A stretch of 60,683 nt of DNA, counting the filler. It is 4 parts of 4 records of this genome, joined end to end, with 100 filler letters (N's around TTAATTAATTAA, not from the genome) between each part and the next. Parts side by side here need not be neighbours in the genome. Positions count along the whole stretch, not along the records: positions 26,790 to 34,549 come from SRR31156797_16425; positions 34,650 to 60,683 come from SRR31156797_16428; 2 more parts are not named here. The stretch is one strand, 5' to 3'. Below are positions 29,849-39,060 of this stretch, one piece after another. The stretch's first letter is position 1, and each line of letters starts with the position of its first letter. Position numbers and translations under genes: made by a program. The notes under the pieces are model-generated. The model did no database searches. It was not told where the DNA came from and worked only from the letters and a program-made list of their open reading frames with translations.

Positions 29849-31240
29849 ATGACAAATGCGATTAAGCAAACGCTACGCGATTCGAAAAAGGCAAGATGGA
29901 CAGCACTGGTAATTCTCTCGTTTACAATGTTTGCCGGTTATATGTTCACTGAAGTTATTTCTCCATTAAAACCAATAATGGAACGTACGTTGGCAATGAA
30001 TAGTACCGATTATGGTTTTATTACAAGTGCCTATGGTATTTTTAATGTTTTTCTAATGATGTTGGTAATTGTTGGGATTTTACTGGACAAATTTGGAATA
30101 CGTTTTAGTACTATCTCTTCGGCTCTTATAATGATAATCGGAGGAGCATTAAAATATGCGGCTTTTAAAGGTTTGGTAGGAAGCCCGGATAACATTGTTC
30201 ATGTGCCGCTTCTGAATATTGATATATCCACTCAGGTACTTTTAGCAGGAGTTGGCTTTGCAATTTTTGGTGTTGGTGTTGAGTATGCTGGGATTACTGT
30301 TTCTAAATCAGTTGCAAAATGGTTTAAGGGAAAAGAAATTGCACTGGCTATGGGAATGCAGGTTGCAATTGCACGTTTAGGATCATTTGCACCTCTAGCA
30401 TTTGGAGCTAAAATTGCTAATACATATGATGTTCCAACCACAATCTTAATCGTAATTGTTTTTCTTATCCTGGGTTTACTAGGATTCTTTTACTATAACA
30501 TTCAGGATAAAAAACTGGATGTTCAGATTGTTGATGAAACAAATAACTCAGGTGACGATGAATTTAAATTTTCAGATTTACTTGTAATTATAGGGAATTG
30601 GGGATTTTGGTTAATTGCTTTGTTGTGCGTATTTTTTTATTCAACGGTATTCCCGTTTTATAAGTACGGGCCAGATTTAATGGTTAATAAATTTGGTGTT
30701 AGCGAGAACTGGGCAGGTTTATTGCCGAGCCTTGTACCTTTTGGAACAATGTTGTTAACACCTGTTTTTGGGAGTATTTATGATAAAAAAGGAAAAGGAG
30801 CATCAATTATGATGTTGGGGGCGATACTTCTAATTATTGTTCATGTAATCTTTTATTTGCCATTTATTACAAGTGTGGTAGCGGCCTTCTTTAATGTAAT
30901 TTTATTAGGAATTGCCTTTTCTTTGGTTCCATCTGCCATGTGGCCTTCTGTGCCAAAAATTATTCCTGAAAAACAACTTGGAAGTGCTTATGCTGTAATT
31001 TTTTGGGTTCAAAACTTCGGACTTTGGGGAATTCCTTTGGCTGTAGGTATTGTACTGGATAAAACAAATCCGGGTGTTGCCGAAGCAAAGGCGGCAGGTG
31101 AAGCTGTGAATTATGACTATCAAACAACATGGACAATCTTTGTTGCATTAACCTTGCTTGCTCTTATTACTTCTTTCTTATTGAAGTTGGAAGATAAGAG
31201 AAAAGGATATGGTTTAGAAAAACCTAATATTGAAAGATAA
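29849..31240 (+). CDS. MFS transporter
   Basis: About 12 hydrophobic segments; GILLDKFGIR motif A; KWFKGKEIALAMG. Confidence 0.92.
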   Translation: MTNAIKQTLRDSKKARWTALVILSFTMFAGYMFTEVISPLKPIMERTLAMNSTDYGFITSAYGIFNVFLMMLVIVGILLDKFGIRFSTISSALIMIIGGALKYAAFKGLVGSPDNIVHVPLLNIDISTQVLLAGVGFAIFGVGVEYAGITVSKSVAKWFKGKEIALAMGMQVAIARLGSFAPLAFGAKIANTYDVPTTILIVIVFLILGLLGFFYYNIQDKKLDVQIVDETNNSGDDEFKFSDLLVIIGNWGFWLIALLCVFFYSTVFPFYKYGPDLMVNKFGVSENWAGLLPSLVPFGTMLLTPVFGSIYDKKGKGASIMMLGAILLIIVHVIFYLPFITSVVAAFFNVILLGIAFSLVPSAMWPSVPKIIPEKQLGSAYAVIFWVQNFGLWGIPLAVGIVLDKTNPGVAEAKAAGEAVNYDYQTTWTIFVALTLLALITSFLLKLEDKRKGYGLEKPNIER

Positions 31241-31324
31241 TGATTTGCCGGAAACAGGAGGTGCGAAGCAGTGAACCATTTTTTTGCGTCGTATTTTCTT
31301 TTTTCAGCTAAAAACACATAAAAC

Positions 31325-32785
31325 ATGTCAGAAATTAAAAATATTCAACCAACAGAAGTTTGGGGCATCTTTGAACAAATGACACAGGTGCCACGCCCGT
31401 CAAATCATGAAGATAAAATTCAGGAATGGGCAGTAAATTTTGGAAAAGAACTGGGATTGGAAACCCTAAAAGATGAAGTAGGTAATGTAATTATTAAAAA
31501 GCCTGCTACACCGGGGATGGGAAACCGTAAAACGGTGGTTCTGCAGGGGCATCTGGATATGGTTCCTCAAAAGAATAGCGATAAAGAACACGACTTTGTA
31601 AATGACCCGATAGAAGCCTTTATTGATGGTGACTGGGTAACCGCAAACGGTACAACCCTTGGAGCAGATAATGGAATGGGTGTATCAGCGGCTTTAGCGG
31701 TTTTGGCCTCAAAAACATTAAAACATGGTCCGGTAGAAGTACTGTTAACCGCTACCGAAGAAACCGGAATGGATGGCGCCATGGGATTAAAAGCCGGTTT
31801 ACTTGATGCAGAGATCCTGATCAATACCGATTCGGAAGATGAGGGAGAGTTATATGTTGGATGCGCCGGTGGCGAAGATGTAAACGTTTCTTTTAGCTAT
31901 TCGGAAGAAGAAGTTCCTGTGGGCTGTGTTGCCCTGAAACTAAGTGTTACAGGGATGAAAGGCGGACATTCGGGAATGGATATTGCACGTGGACGAGGTA
32001 ACGCAATAAAATGTTTTTTCAGAATTTTAAATGCTGCCGATGACTTGGGAGTACGTTTGGCTGACATTGATGGTGGAAGTTTACGCAATGCAATACCGCG
32101 TGAAGCTTTTGGTGTTGTGGTAATTGAAGAAGCAAAAGCCGCGGATTTTGTGGCTTTGGTTGATGAGATTTCAGATATGGTTAAAGCAGAATTGTTGGCT
32201 ACCGAGCCAGACTTAAGTGTAACTGTTGAAGAAGCTGATTTACCCGTTGCAGTGATTGATTTGCAAACGCAGAAAAAGGTAACAGCAGCAATGATTGCCT
32301 GTCCGAATGGAGTTATTCGTATGAGTGATAGCATGGAGGGATTGGTTGAAACATCAACCAACCTGGCTGTGTTAAAATCGAACGCAGAAGAAAAATCAAT
32401 AAGTGGTGGTTGTTTATTGCGTAGTTCGGTTGATTCGTCAAAAGCTGAATTAGCAACACGTTTAACAGCACTTTTCGAATTAGCGGGTGCTGAAGTTTCT
32501 CATTCAGGTGCTTATCCGGGATGGAAGCCTAACCTTGATTCTCCAATTCTGAAAACCATGCAAACCGTGTATAACGATAAGTGGGGGAAAGTGCCTAAAA
32601 TTATGGCTATCCATGCGGGATTGGAATGTGGTATTCTGGCACAAAACTATCCTCACTGGGATATGATCTCGTTTGGTCCAACCATTCGTTTTCCTCACTC
32701 GCCTGACGAAAAAGTTAATGTTAAAACCGTTGCAAAATTTTGGGAATTTCTAGTGCTTACGCTGGAGCATATTCCTGAGAAATAG
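31325..32785 (+). CDS. pepD: Aminoacyl-histidine dipeptidase (M20)
   Basis: LQGHLDMV, TTLGADNG, EETGMDGA, DSEDEG, HAGLECG, HSPDE. Confidence 0.95.
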   Translation: MSEIKNIQPTEVWGIFEQMTQVPRPSNHEDKIQEWAVNFGKELGLETLKDEVGNVIIKKPATPGMGNRKTVVLQGHLDMVPQKNSDKEHDFVNDPIEAFIDGDWVTANGTTLGADNGMGVSAALAVLASKTLKHGPVEVLLTATEETGMDGAMGLKAGLLDAEILINTDSEDEGELYVGCAGGEDVNVSFSYSEEEVPVGCVALKLSVTGMKGGHSGMDIARGRGNAIKCFFRILNAADDLGVRLADIDGGSLRNAIPREAFGVVVIEEAKAADFVALVDEISDMVKAELLATEPDLSVTVEEADLPVAVIDLQTQKKVTAAMIACPNGVIRMSDSMEGLVETSTNLAVLKSNAEEKSISGGCLLRSSVDSSKAELATRLTALFELAGAEVSHSGAYPGWKPNLDSPILKTMQTVYNDKWGKVPKIMAIHAGLECGILAQNYPHWDMISFGPTIRFPHSPDEKVNVKTVAKFWEFLVLTLEHIPEK

Positions 32786-32807
32786 AAAAGTACAATTGAA
32801 AGATATA

Positions 32808-32836
32808 AAGCCGGTAATATTTGCCGGCTTTTTTTG
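32808..32836. terminator. Bidirectional terminator between convergent genes
   Basis: AAAGCCGG...CCGGCTTTTTTTT. Confidence 0.75.
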
Positions 32837-32933
32837 TTCAAAAATATTGATTGCGAAATAGGTTACTTTAAAAAAGAGCTTCCTCTTTCCGGGTATATCA
32901 GAAAAGGCTAAACTTTGTCGAAAAGATAAAAAG

Positions 32934-33359
32934 TTACTCTAAGATTAAATTTCCCATTTTGTCAAACTCCCAAAACGGAGCCCAGGCTATTTCCCAGGCG
33001 TTACCGTCCGGATCGGCAAAGTAGGCGTCGTATCCTCCCCAAAAAGTTTCGCGTGGTTCAACCAGTGATTTTCCACCTTTGCTAATTACCGAATGATAAA
33101 TTTCGTCAACTTTTTCTTTTGAATCGAGATTTATGGCTAAAGTTACTCCTGAGAAACCACTTCGTTCATGTGAGATTAAAGCGTCCTCAGCAAGTTTGTT
33201 GAGCGGATAAAGACCTAAAATAATGCCACCATGGTTAAAGAACACTATTTTGTCGTCGCTGTCTTTTGTTGGTAGCCAGCCCAAGGCTGTTTCATAGAAG
33301 TTTCTCGATTTTTCGAGGTCGTTTACTCCAAGAGTTACAATGTTTAATCTGGGTTTCAT
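32934..33359 (-). CDS. VOC/glyoxalase family protein
   Basis: VTLGVNDLEKSRNFYE; FWGGYDAYFADPDGNAWEIA. Confidence 0.92.
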   Translation of the reverse strand: MKPRLNIVTLGVNDLEKSRNFYETALGWLPTKDSDDKIVFFNHGGIILGLYPLNKLAEDALISHERSGFSGVTLAINLDSKEKVDEIYHSVISKGGKSLVEPRETFWGGYDAYFADPDGNAWEIAWAPFWEFDKMGNLILE

Positions 33360-33422
33360 TATTGCGTATTAATAGTTGTATAATTTCCTTTCTTTCTGCT
33401 TTAATACCTGCTTTTCCAAAGT

Positions 33423-34523
33423 TTAATACTTCGGCATCATTTTTATAAACTCACCATCGGTAGTTTGCATGTATCCCATAAGGTTGGCTGTAAGGCACGA
33501 ATGAACGGGGATTATTTCTATCAGGTCGCCAATGTTAATGTGTTTAAAATTGTTGGGAGTTACTTTTAGAATGCCATGTTCCTGCGATAGGCGCGATAGA
33601 TAATTTTTAGTATCCAGCAATTTCTTCTCACCGTTCTTTTCAATAACAATCCGTCCGTATAGTTGTTTCCCATCGGTATTTTGTACCGTGTCTTTTGAAA
33701 AATGTATAGCACCTCCATAAATTACAATTTCGTTTCGTGAAATATGTTTGGCTACTACAGGGCATACAACCTTGCCGGCTATGTCTTCTATCTCGCAAAC
33801 ACCTAAACTTACCTGCATTAGGTCGTAGAAAACAAAATTCCCCGGGCGAATTTCATCTACACTGTCAAAATTGCCACAAACGCTTGCGGAAGGGGTGTCG
33901 CCCATGCTTATTTCTAAATTGGGATATGTTTTTCGGAACCTGTTTTTTAGGTTTTTAAGTTTTAAAATGGCATCAAAATGTCTGCTGAATATTTCATTGG
34001 TCGATATGGCTGTATAGGTGTGTCCGGTATGGGTAAGAAAGCCCTTAAACTTTAATTTCTGATTGTTTCTGATTTCTTCAAGTATTGACTCAATAAGTCC
34101 TGTTCGGGCAGCAGGGATCCCGGTTCGGTGGTAACCCGTATCAATTTTTATATATACACCCATTGCACGGGTAGCTTGTTTTGCAATAGCAGCAGCAGCT
34201 TCCTTGTTTTCGAGTAGGATATTTAATTTTATAGCAGCAGCCAACCGATTTACTCGGTTTATTTCCAAAATATTTAAGGGAAAAGCCAATGTTATATCGT
34301 TCCACCCGTTTGTGGCAAAGTATTCGGCCATTTGTACAGACGAAACAGTGATTTTATCCACGCCAAAATTTTTAAACCACTCACCAATTTGTGCCGATTG
34401 ATGTGTTTTAAAATGCGGCCTGAAACGCAACTTATGGTGAGCTGCCTTTGAGACCATGCGATCAATGTTCTGAAGGCATACCTGTTTGTCGATTACCAAT
34501 GTTGGTCGTGTTATTTCAGTCAT
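33423..34523 (-). CDS. D-threonine aldolase / DSD1-like PLP enzyme (alanine racemase fold)
   Basis: RPHFKTHQ, IDTGYHRTG, EIRPGNFVFYD, SQEHG, PVHSCLT. Confidence 0.88.
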   Translation of the reverse strand: MTEITRPTLVIDKQVCLQNIDRMVSKAAHHKLRFRPHFKTHQSAQIGEWFKNFGVDKITVSSVQMAEYFATNGWNDITLAFPLNILEINRVNRLAAAIKLNILLENKEAAAAIAKQATRAMGVYIKIDTGYHRTGIPAARTGLIESILEEIRNNQKLKFKGFLTHTGHTYTAISTNEIFSRHFDAILKLKNLKNRFRKTYPNLEISMGDTPSASVCGNFDSVDEIRPGNFVFYDLMQVSLGVCEIEDIAGKVVCPVVAKHISRNEIVIYGGAIHFSKDTVQNTDGKQLYGRIVIEKNGEKKLLDTKNYLSRLSQEHGILKVTPNNFKHINIGDLIEIIPVHSCLTANLMGYMQTTDGEFIKMMPKY

Positions 34524-34549
34524 TTAAAAATTAAAGTAACGTTTGTAAT

Positions 34550-34649
34550 NNNNNNNNNNNNNNNNNNNNNNNNNNNNNNNNNNNNNNNNNNNNTTAATTA
34601 ATTAANNNNNNNNNNNNNNNNNNNNNNNNNNNNNNNNNNNNNNNNNNNN
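34550..34649. other. Artificial contig linker
   Basis: N44-TTAATTAATTAA-N44. Confidence 0.99.
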
Positions 34650-34894
34650 GAAGTCGGGATCGTCGCCAATTTTTAAAAGACTGTGCATCATTTGAGACAC
34701 AGGCTTTTTTTGTTGTATACTTTTATCAAAAAACTTTGATGATTATGTTTCGGAATAACTGAAATGGACTACATTATGAATATAAGATCGTTGCGCAATT
34801 GAGTATCTTTTCATTACAGAATACTGAAGTTTATGGAAAACAATTAATTACAAATATATAATGAGTTGTTCAGCTGTGATTATTTTGTAACTAC

Positions 34895-37800
34895 TTAGTT
34901 TAGACTAATAGATTGATGGATTCTTTTTTTATTTCCCTTTCTCAGGCTTATTTCTTTTAAGAGTAATTTGTAATTACTATTTGTTGTTTTATCATTTGAA
35001 TTTTTAATGATTGATGATGAAATTATATCGTATAAATTTAAATTACTGATTAACTCAAAAGTGTTTAGTTTATATAGTTTAGTTTTAGTCACAGAGGTAA
35101 TTTCTATACTCGCTTTATAATCAATGTGTAGGTCAATTGAACTTAAAAAAGAGTTACTGTGATAAATGTTTGCTGTTTTGCCATTGATTTTCAATTCTAC
35201 TTCTCCTTCGTATATAATATAAAAGAATGGTTGTACTTCATAATGAGATGCTTCATATATTGTGTTTTCTTTTTCTACAATAATTGGATTTATGTTGCTC
35301 GTTAGATGTTTAAGTATTTCGCCCGGTATCCCTTTAAACTCATCTATTGTTTGTAAATATTCAATGATTTCATGTTTCAATATGGGCATCGTTTTTTTAT
35401 TTGAGTCACTTTCGTCAATAACACTAAATGATTTCTGACCAATTATAGAGATAATGTTATTCTTAAGGTTTTTAATGTTTTTACGGTATATTTTTTTATC
35501 CTGGTCTTTTAAAATAGATGCTGACAACTCAGAAATCATTGCATCTGGGTTAACCATATTTGCTAGTAAAATAGTTTGATGGGAATTATTAGTTAGTTCC
35601 TTTAATTCCATAATAGAACATGCTTTAGTCCAGCCGTTCACCCATTTGGAGTCCCGTTGAATTAAATCGTATAGTAAGTTTTCTATATTTAATGATTCAG
35701 TTATAAATTGCGAACTCATTTTTTTTACCCTTTGTTCATTCTTTAATGGTCTTAGTAAAGGAATGATCATGGGTTTTATTTCATCTTTTATTATTACAGT
35801 AGATAGCTCAAGTGCAAATGCTATTTTTTCAATTTTGTTACTATTGAGATTTTTTTTAATTAGATCTATACTTCCTGGATTGTATAAAAGCGATAATAAA
35901 TTATACATCTTAATATAATTCTCCTTTAGTTCTGTTTCCATTGCTCTTAAGAGCTTATTTGAAGCGCCATATTTATTAAGGTCTACCATATAAGACGTAT
36001 TCCAAACAATATATTTACATGTATCTTCAAGTTCTTCGAGTACCGCGTACTTTTTATTATCTGGTAATTCTATATTACAATTGCTAAGTGCAATTAAAGC
36101 TTCCGAAACAATATTTTGATTTGTATGATTCAATTTTTTTAATAGTTGCTCTATTGACTTTTCTGATGCTATTTTTCCAAGAACCTGAATTATTCTAATT
36201 TGAACTTGTTCTTTTTGACCTGTTCTATTAAATGCTTCTTCCAATAATTCAATATAGTTCTCTCCAGTTGCTGAAAGCGCATAAAACGCTGCATTTGCAG
36301 TCCTATCGTCACCTAATTTTTTTATTGTAGAGTTAATTATTACTTTATTATTAATCGTATCAGCAGCAATAATAGCATTTTTTGAGACCTGGCTTGAGTT
36401 GTCATTTATTAGTCTATTAATAATATCTTCTCGTTCATTTTGTGGAGCATGTCCAACAATCAGGCTACTATGAATTCTCTCTTCTTCTTTTTTAGAAATA
36501 GATAGCTGCGAAATATAATTGTGCTTTTGCATTTTTCGCTCTACTTCGGCGAATTTTACGATAAGTTGGTCTATTTTATCACGGTTTGGAGAAGAAGCAT
36601 AGTATTTAGTCTTTGAAATATTCTTCATGTCATTGTAAATACTAAGCAAATAGTATTTAATTGCTCCTATTATTCCAATTCTTTGCGCAATTGTATCTTC
36701 AGAGTTTGAAAGATTTTTGAGAACTTCTTTTGCTTTAATTGGATTTATCAATTGTACCAGATTGATTATTCTAATCCATTCTGCCCCTTTAAAGTTATTG
36801 ATATTAGATAATATTGTATTAATGAATGATTCCTGATGAAAATCAGATTGACTCTCTTTATGCAGTTTTGAATGAAGTGCTTTTTTATAGTTAGAATAAA
36901 CCAGATATCGAATAATGGGGTATAGAATTAATAATAATCCAAAATTTCCAACGATGTAATTGCTATTGTTTTTAATGTTTATACCCGGTAAAATGAAAGC
37001 ACACACTAATGCCGCAACTCCTATTCCCAAAAATATGCCGTAATAGCTGCTTTTTATATAAAAGTCATTAGACGTGTTGTTGTCTAATGGCAAGTAAAGC
37101 CTATTAATGGCAGGATAAAAAATATTTAGAAAAATAAATTGGGTGAAAATGATGAAAAGTACTGCAAATATTGAAACGAAGAAGAAAAACTCATGTTTTT
37201 CATTAATGTTGAATAAGAAAGTATTTAAAATAAATACTATGCTAAATATACTTATTGCAATAGTTAATAATTGCAAATTGACCTTCATATTTAGAATGTA
37301 AATAAGCTTTTCTTTGAAAAAGAATTCATAGGCTAAAGAAATAAGTGCATAAACGAAAACCAGTATCGAAAGTAAGTTTGCCAGTTCAGTTGAAGAAGTG
37401 TATTTGGTAGTGTTTGTTTTAATAAAAAAACCATATGATAATGAAATAGCAGACACAGCTAAAATCATAAGTAGCAAGATGGAAAGGAAGTATTTTTGAA
37501 AGACAAGTTTATAAAATCGCTGGCTGGTTTTTATTGTCTGTATATTATCCTGTAAATAATTAACTTGTTTATTACCATAAAAATAGATTATAGTAAATAT
37601 GGCACTTAAAATTAGAAATGCCATTGAAACAAAGAATAGTCCATTTGTTCCCAGTATTGTAGTTGTAAGATCAGATAAGTAAATAAATACAATACTTCCA
37701 GTTAAAAGACCAATTGTATTTCCTATGTTGATAGATCTTTCTGTAATTTTATTTTGAATACTCGTTAATCTTGAAATAATACCTTTTTGAGAGAGTATAA

Positions 37801-38134
37801 TTAAGAAATTGATCGTCAGGTTCAAGCTTGCCAACAGAATTTCTATTTTTTCATTAAAGTGATATATTTCATTTAATTGATAAACAGAAAGTGTAGCAAA
37901 TAGTAAAATGTAAGTGAATATAATTGGAACTCTATAAAGAAAAACTCTTTGTAGAAAATTGAAAGTGATGGTTACTAAGAGACCAATTATAGACGTATAA
38001 GTAAGTAGCAGTGTAATATCATAGTTAGAATGATGTTGATTAAAGAAAGCTGAGAAGAATTTAATATCAAAAATACTTTTTCCCAAAAGGAGGGTAAAAC
38101 TAATGATAAGTAATCTTAGATAAGATGATTTCAT
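34895..38134 (-). CDS. Multi-TM NTT/TLC(MFS)-like membrane protein with HEAT repeats and a C-terminal cNMP-binding-like domain
   Basis: About 12 N-terminal hydrophobic helices; central helical repeats (IIQVLGKIASEKSIEQLLKKL, VSEALIALS); C-terminal EFKGIPGEIL...FYIIYEGEVELKING. Confidence 0.7.
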   Translation of the reverse strand: MKSSYLRLLIISFTLLLGKSIFDIKFFSAFFNQHHSNYDITLLLTYTSIIGLLVTITFNFLQRVFLYRVPIIFTYILLFATLSVYQLNEIYHFNEKIEILLASLNLTINFLIILSQKGIISRLTSIQNKITERSINIGNTIGLLTGSIVFIYLSDLTTTILGTNGLFFVSMAFLILSAIFTIIYFYGNKQVNYLQDNIQTIKTSQRFYKLVFQKYFLSILLLMILAVSAISLSYGFFIKTNTTKYTSSTELANLLSILVFVYALISLAYEFFFKEKLIYILNMKVNLQLLTIAISIFSIVFILNTFLFNINEKHEFFFFVSIFAVLFIIFTQFIFLNIFYPAINRLYLPLDNNTSNDFYIKSSYYGIFLGIGVAALVCAFILPGINIKNNSNYIVGNFGLLLILYPIIRYLVYSNYKKALHSKLHKESQSDFHQESFINTILSNINNFKGAEWIRIINLVQLINPIKAKEVLKNLSNSEDTIAQRIGIIGAIKYYLLSIYNDMKNISKTKYYASSPNRDKIDQLIVKFAEVERKMQKHNYISQLSISKKEEERIHSSLIVGHAPQNEREDIINRLINDNSSQVSKNAIIAADTINNKVIINSTIKKLGDDRTANAAFYALSATGENYIELLEEAFNRTGQKEQVQIRIIQVLGKIASEKSIEQLLKKLNHTNQNIVSEALIALSNCNIELPDNKKYAVLEELEDTCKYIVWNTSYMVDLNKYGASNKLLRAMETELKENYIKMYNLLSLLYNPGSIDLIKKNLNSNKIEKIAFALELSTVIIKDEIKPMIIPLLRPLKNEQRVKKMSSQFITESLNIENLLYDLIQRDSKWVNGWTKACSIMELKELTNNSHQTILLANMVNPDAMISELSASILKDQDKKIYRKNIKNLKNNIISIIGQKSFSVIDESDSNKKTMPILKHEIIEYLQTIDEFKGIPGEILKHLTSNINPIIVEKENTIYEASHYEVQPFFYIIYEGEVELKINGKTANIYHSNSFLSSIDLHIDYKASIEITSVTKTKLYKLNTFELISNLNLYDIISSSIIKNSNDKTTNSNYKLLLKEISLRKGNKKRIHQSISLN

Positions 38135-38154
38135 AAGGTCGATTTTCTTTAAAT

Positions 38155-38778
38155 CTATTTAGCTTCAATAGGTGCTTTATTTATTGTGGGCTTTATTGAT
38201 TCAACCGCATCAATTTTTGCTCTTTTCGCTGCTTCTTTGGCTGCTTTTTTCTCAGCGTTTTTCTTTGCTTTTTCTTCGTTTAATTGCCATTTGAGGAATC
38301 CTTTGTTGTAGTATGGATATTCGAGTAGCATTAAGTTTTTTATGGACCTTCTTCCGAAACGATTAAGCTTATAAAATCCATAGATATGCATATCTATCAC
38401 CTTTTTTCTGCGTTTTTTGAACTTAATGTAATTGTGAAAATAAGCTCTTGCTAAACCTTCTGAGAAGAACTTAGAGGGATAGTCAATGTTTTTTCCTTTT
38501 AAAGGTGGTCTAACCATCATTAAAGAAATGTTATCGTCTTGTTTGATAAATAGGAACCAGTACCACTTGTATTTGAGTGCATAAACATCGTATGCTACGC
38601 AATTTTGAGTAGTGCCATAATGTCCAATATGGTAGTTTCGGAGTTCACCTAAAAGATGTTTGATGCTTTGGTCTCTACTTTCGATATTCAATTTAGTCGT
38701 GTCTGTTTGACCATGGCTTTTGAAGGAAGACAATAGTAGGATAGTTATTACGATTATTACGTAAAGCTGGCTTTTCAT
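38155..38778 (-). CDS. Secreted basic hypothetical protein
   Basis: Signal peptide, Lys/aromatic-rich, Ala/Lys-rich tail; 20 bp from the next gene. Confidence 0.7.
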   Translation of the reverse strand: MKSQLYVIIVITILLLSSFKSHGQTDTTKLNIESRDQSIKHLLGELRNYHIGHYGTTQNCVAYDVYALKYKWYWFLFIKQDDNISLMMVRPPLKGKNIDYPSKFFSEGLARAYFHNYIKFKKRRKKVIDMHIYGFYKLNRFGRRSIKNLMLLEYPYYNKGFLKWQLNEEKAKKNAEKKAAKEAAKRAKIDAVESIKPTINKAPIEAK

Positions 38779-38838
38779 GTTTTATACTTTTAGATCCTTT
38801 CGGACAACTTGTTTTTATTGCAGATAATTCTGACGATG

Positions 38839-38846
38839 CAAAAATA
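38839..38846 (-). promoter_or_regulatory. Bacteroidota -7 element for the leftward operon
   Basis: TATTTTTG on the minus strand about 60 bp above 38778. Confidence 0.45.
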
Positions 38847-39060
38847 ATGAACTTATTAAATATTCATAATAAAGCGCTCAAAAAAATATTGTTATAAAAA
38901 TATGTGAGTATTGTTTTATTTATGAGCTTATTAGCAAATTTTAGTACCAAATTTTCATAATCCTAGCTAAAAAATATTTTGGTAGGTGGATATTTTTTTC
39001 TTCTTTTACACCGCGAATTAATCAGCGGATAATACCAAAGATTATAGCATAAAAACAAAC

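Noticed and set aside
16494-34649. TTAATTAATTAA repeats inside N runs as a biological repeat
   Set aside because: Identical N44-12-N44 format at all three places; a synthetic six-frame-stop linker.
34650-34710. 3' end of a tRNA or 5S rRNA at the start of contig 4 (…GATCGTCGCCA plus a terminator-like hairpin)
   Set aside because: Only about 19 nt are visible and they lack a T-arm or a convincing 5S match. The 15-nt identity with 21561-21575 is within chance expectation for a window this size.
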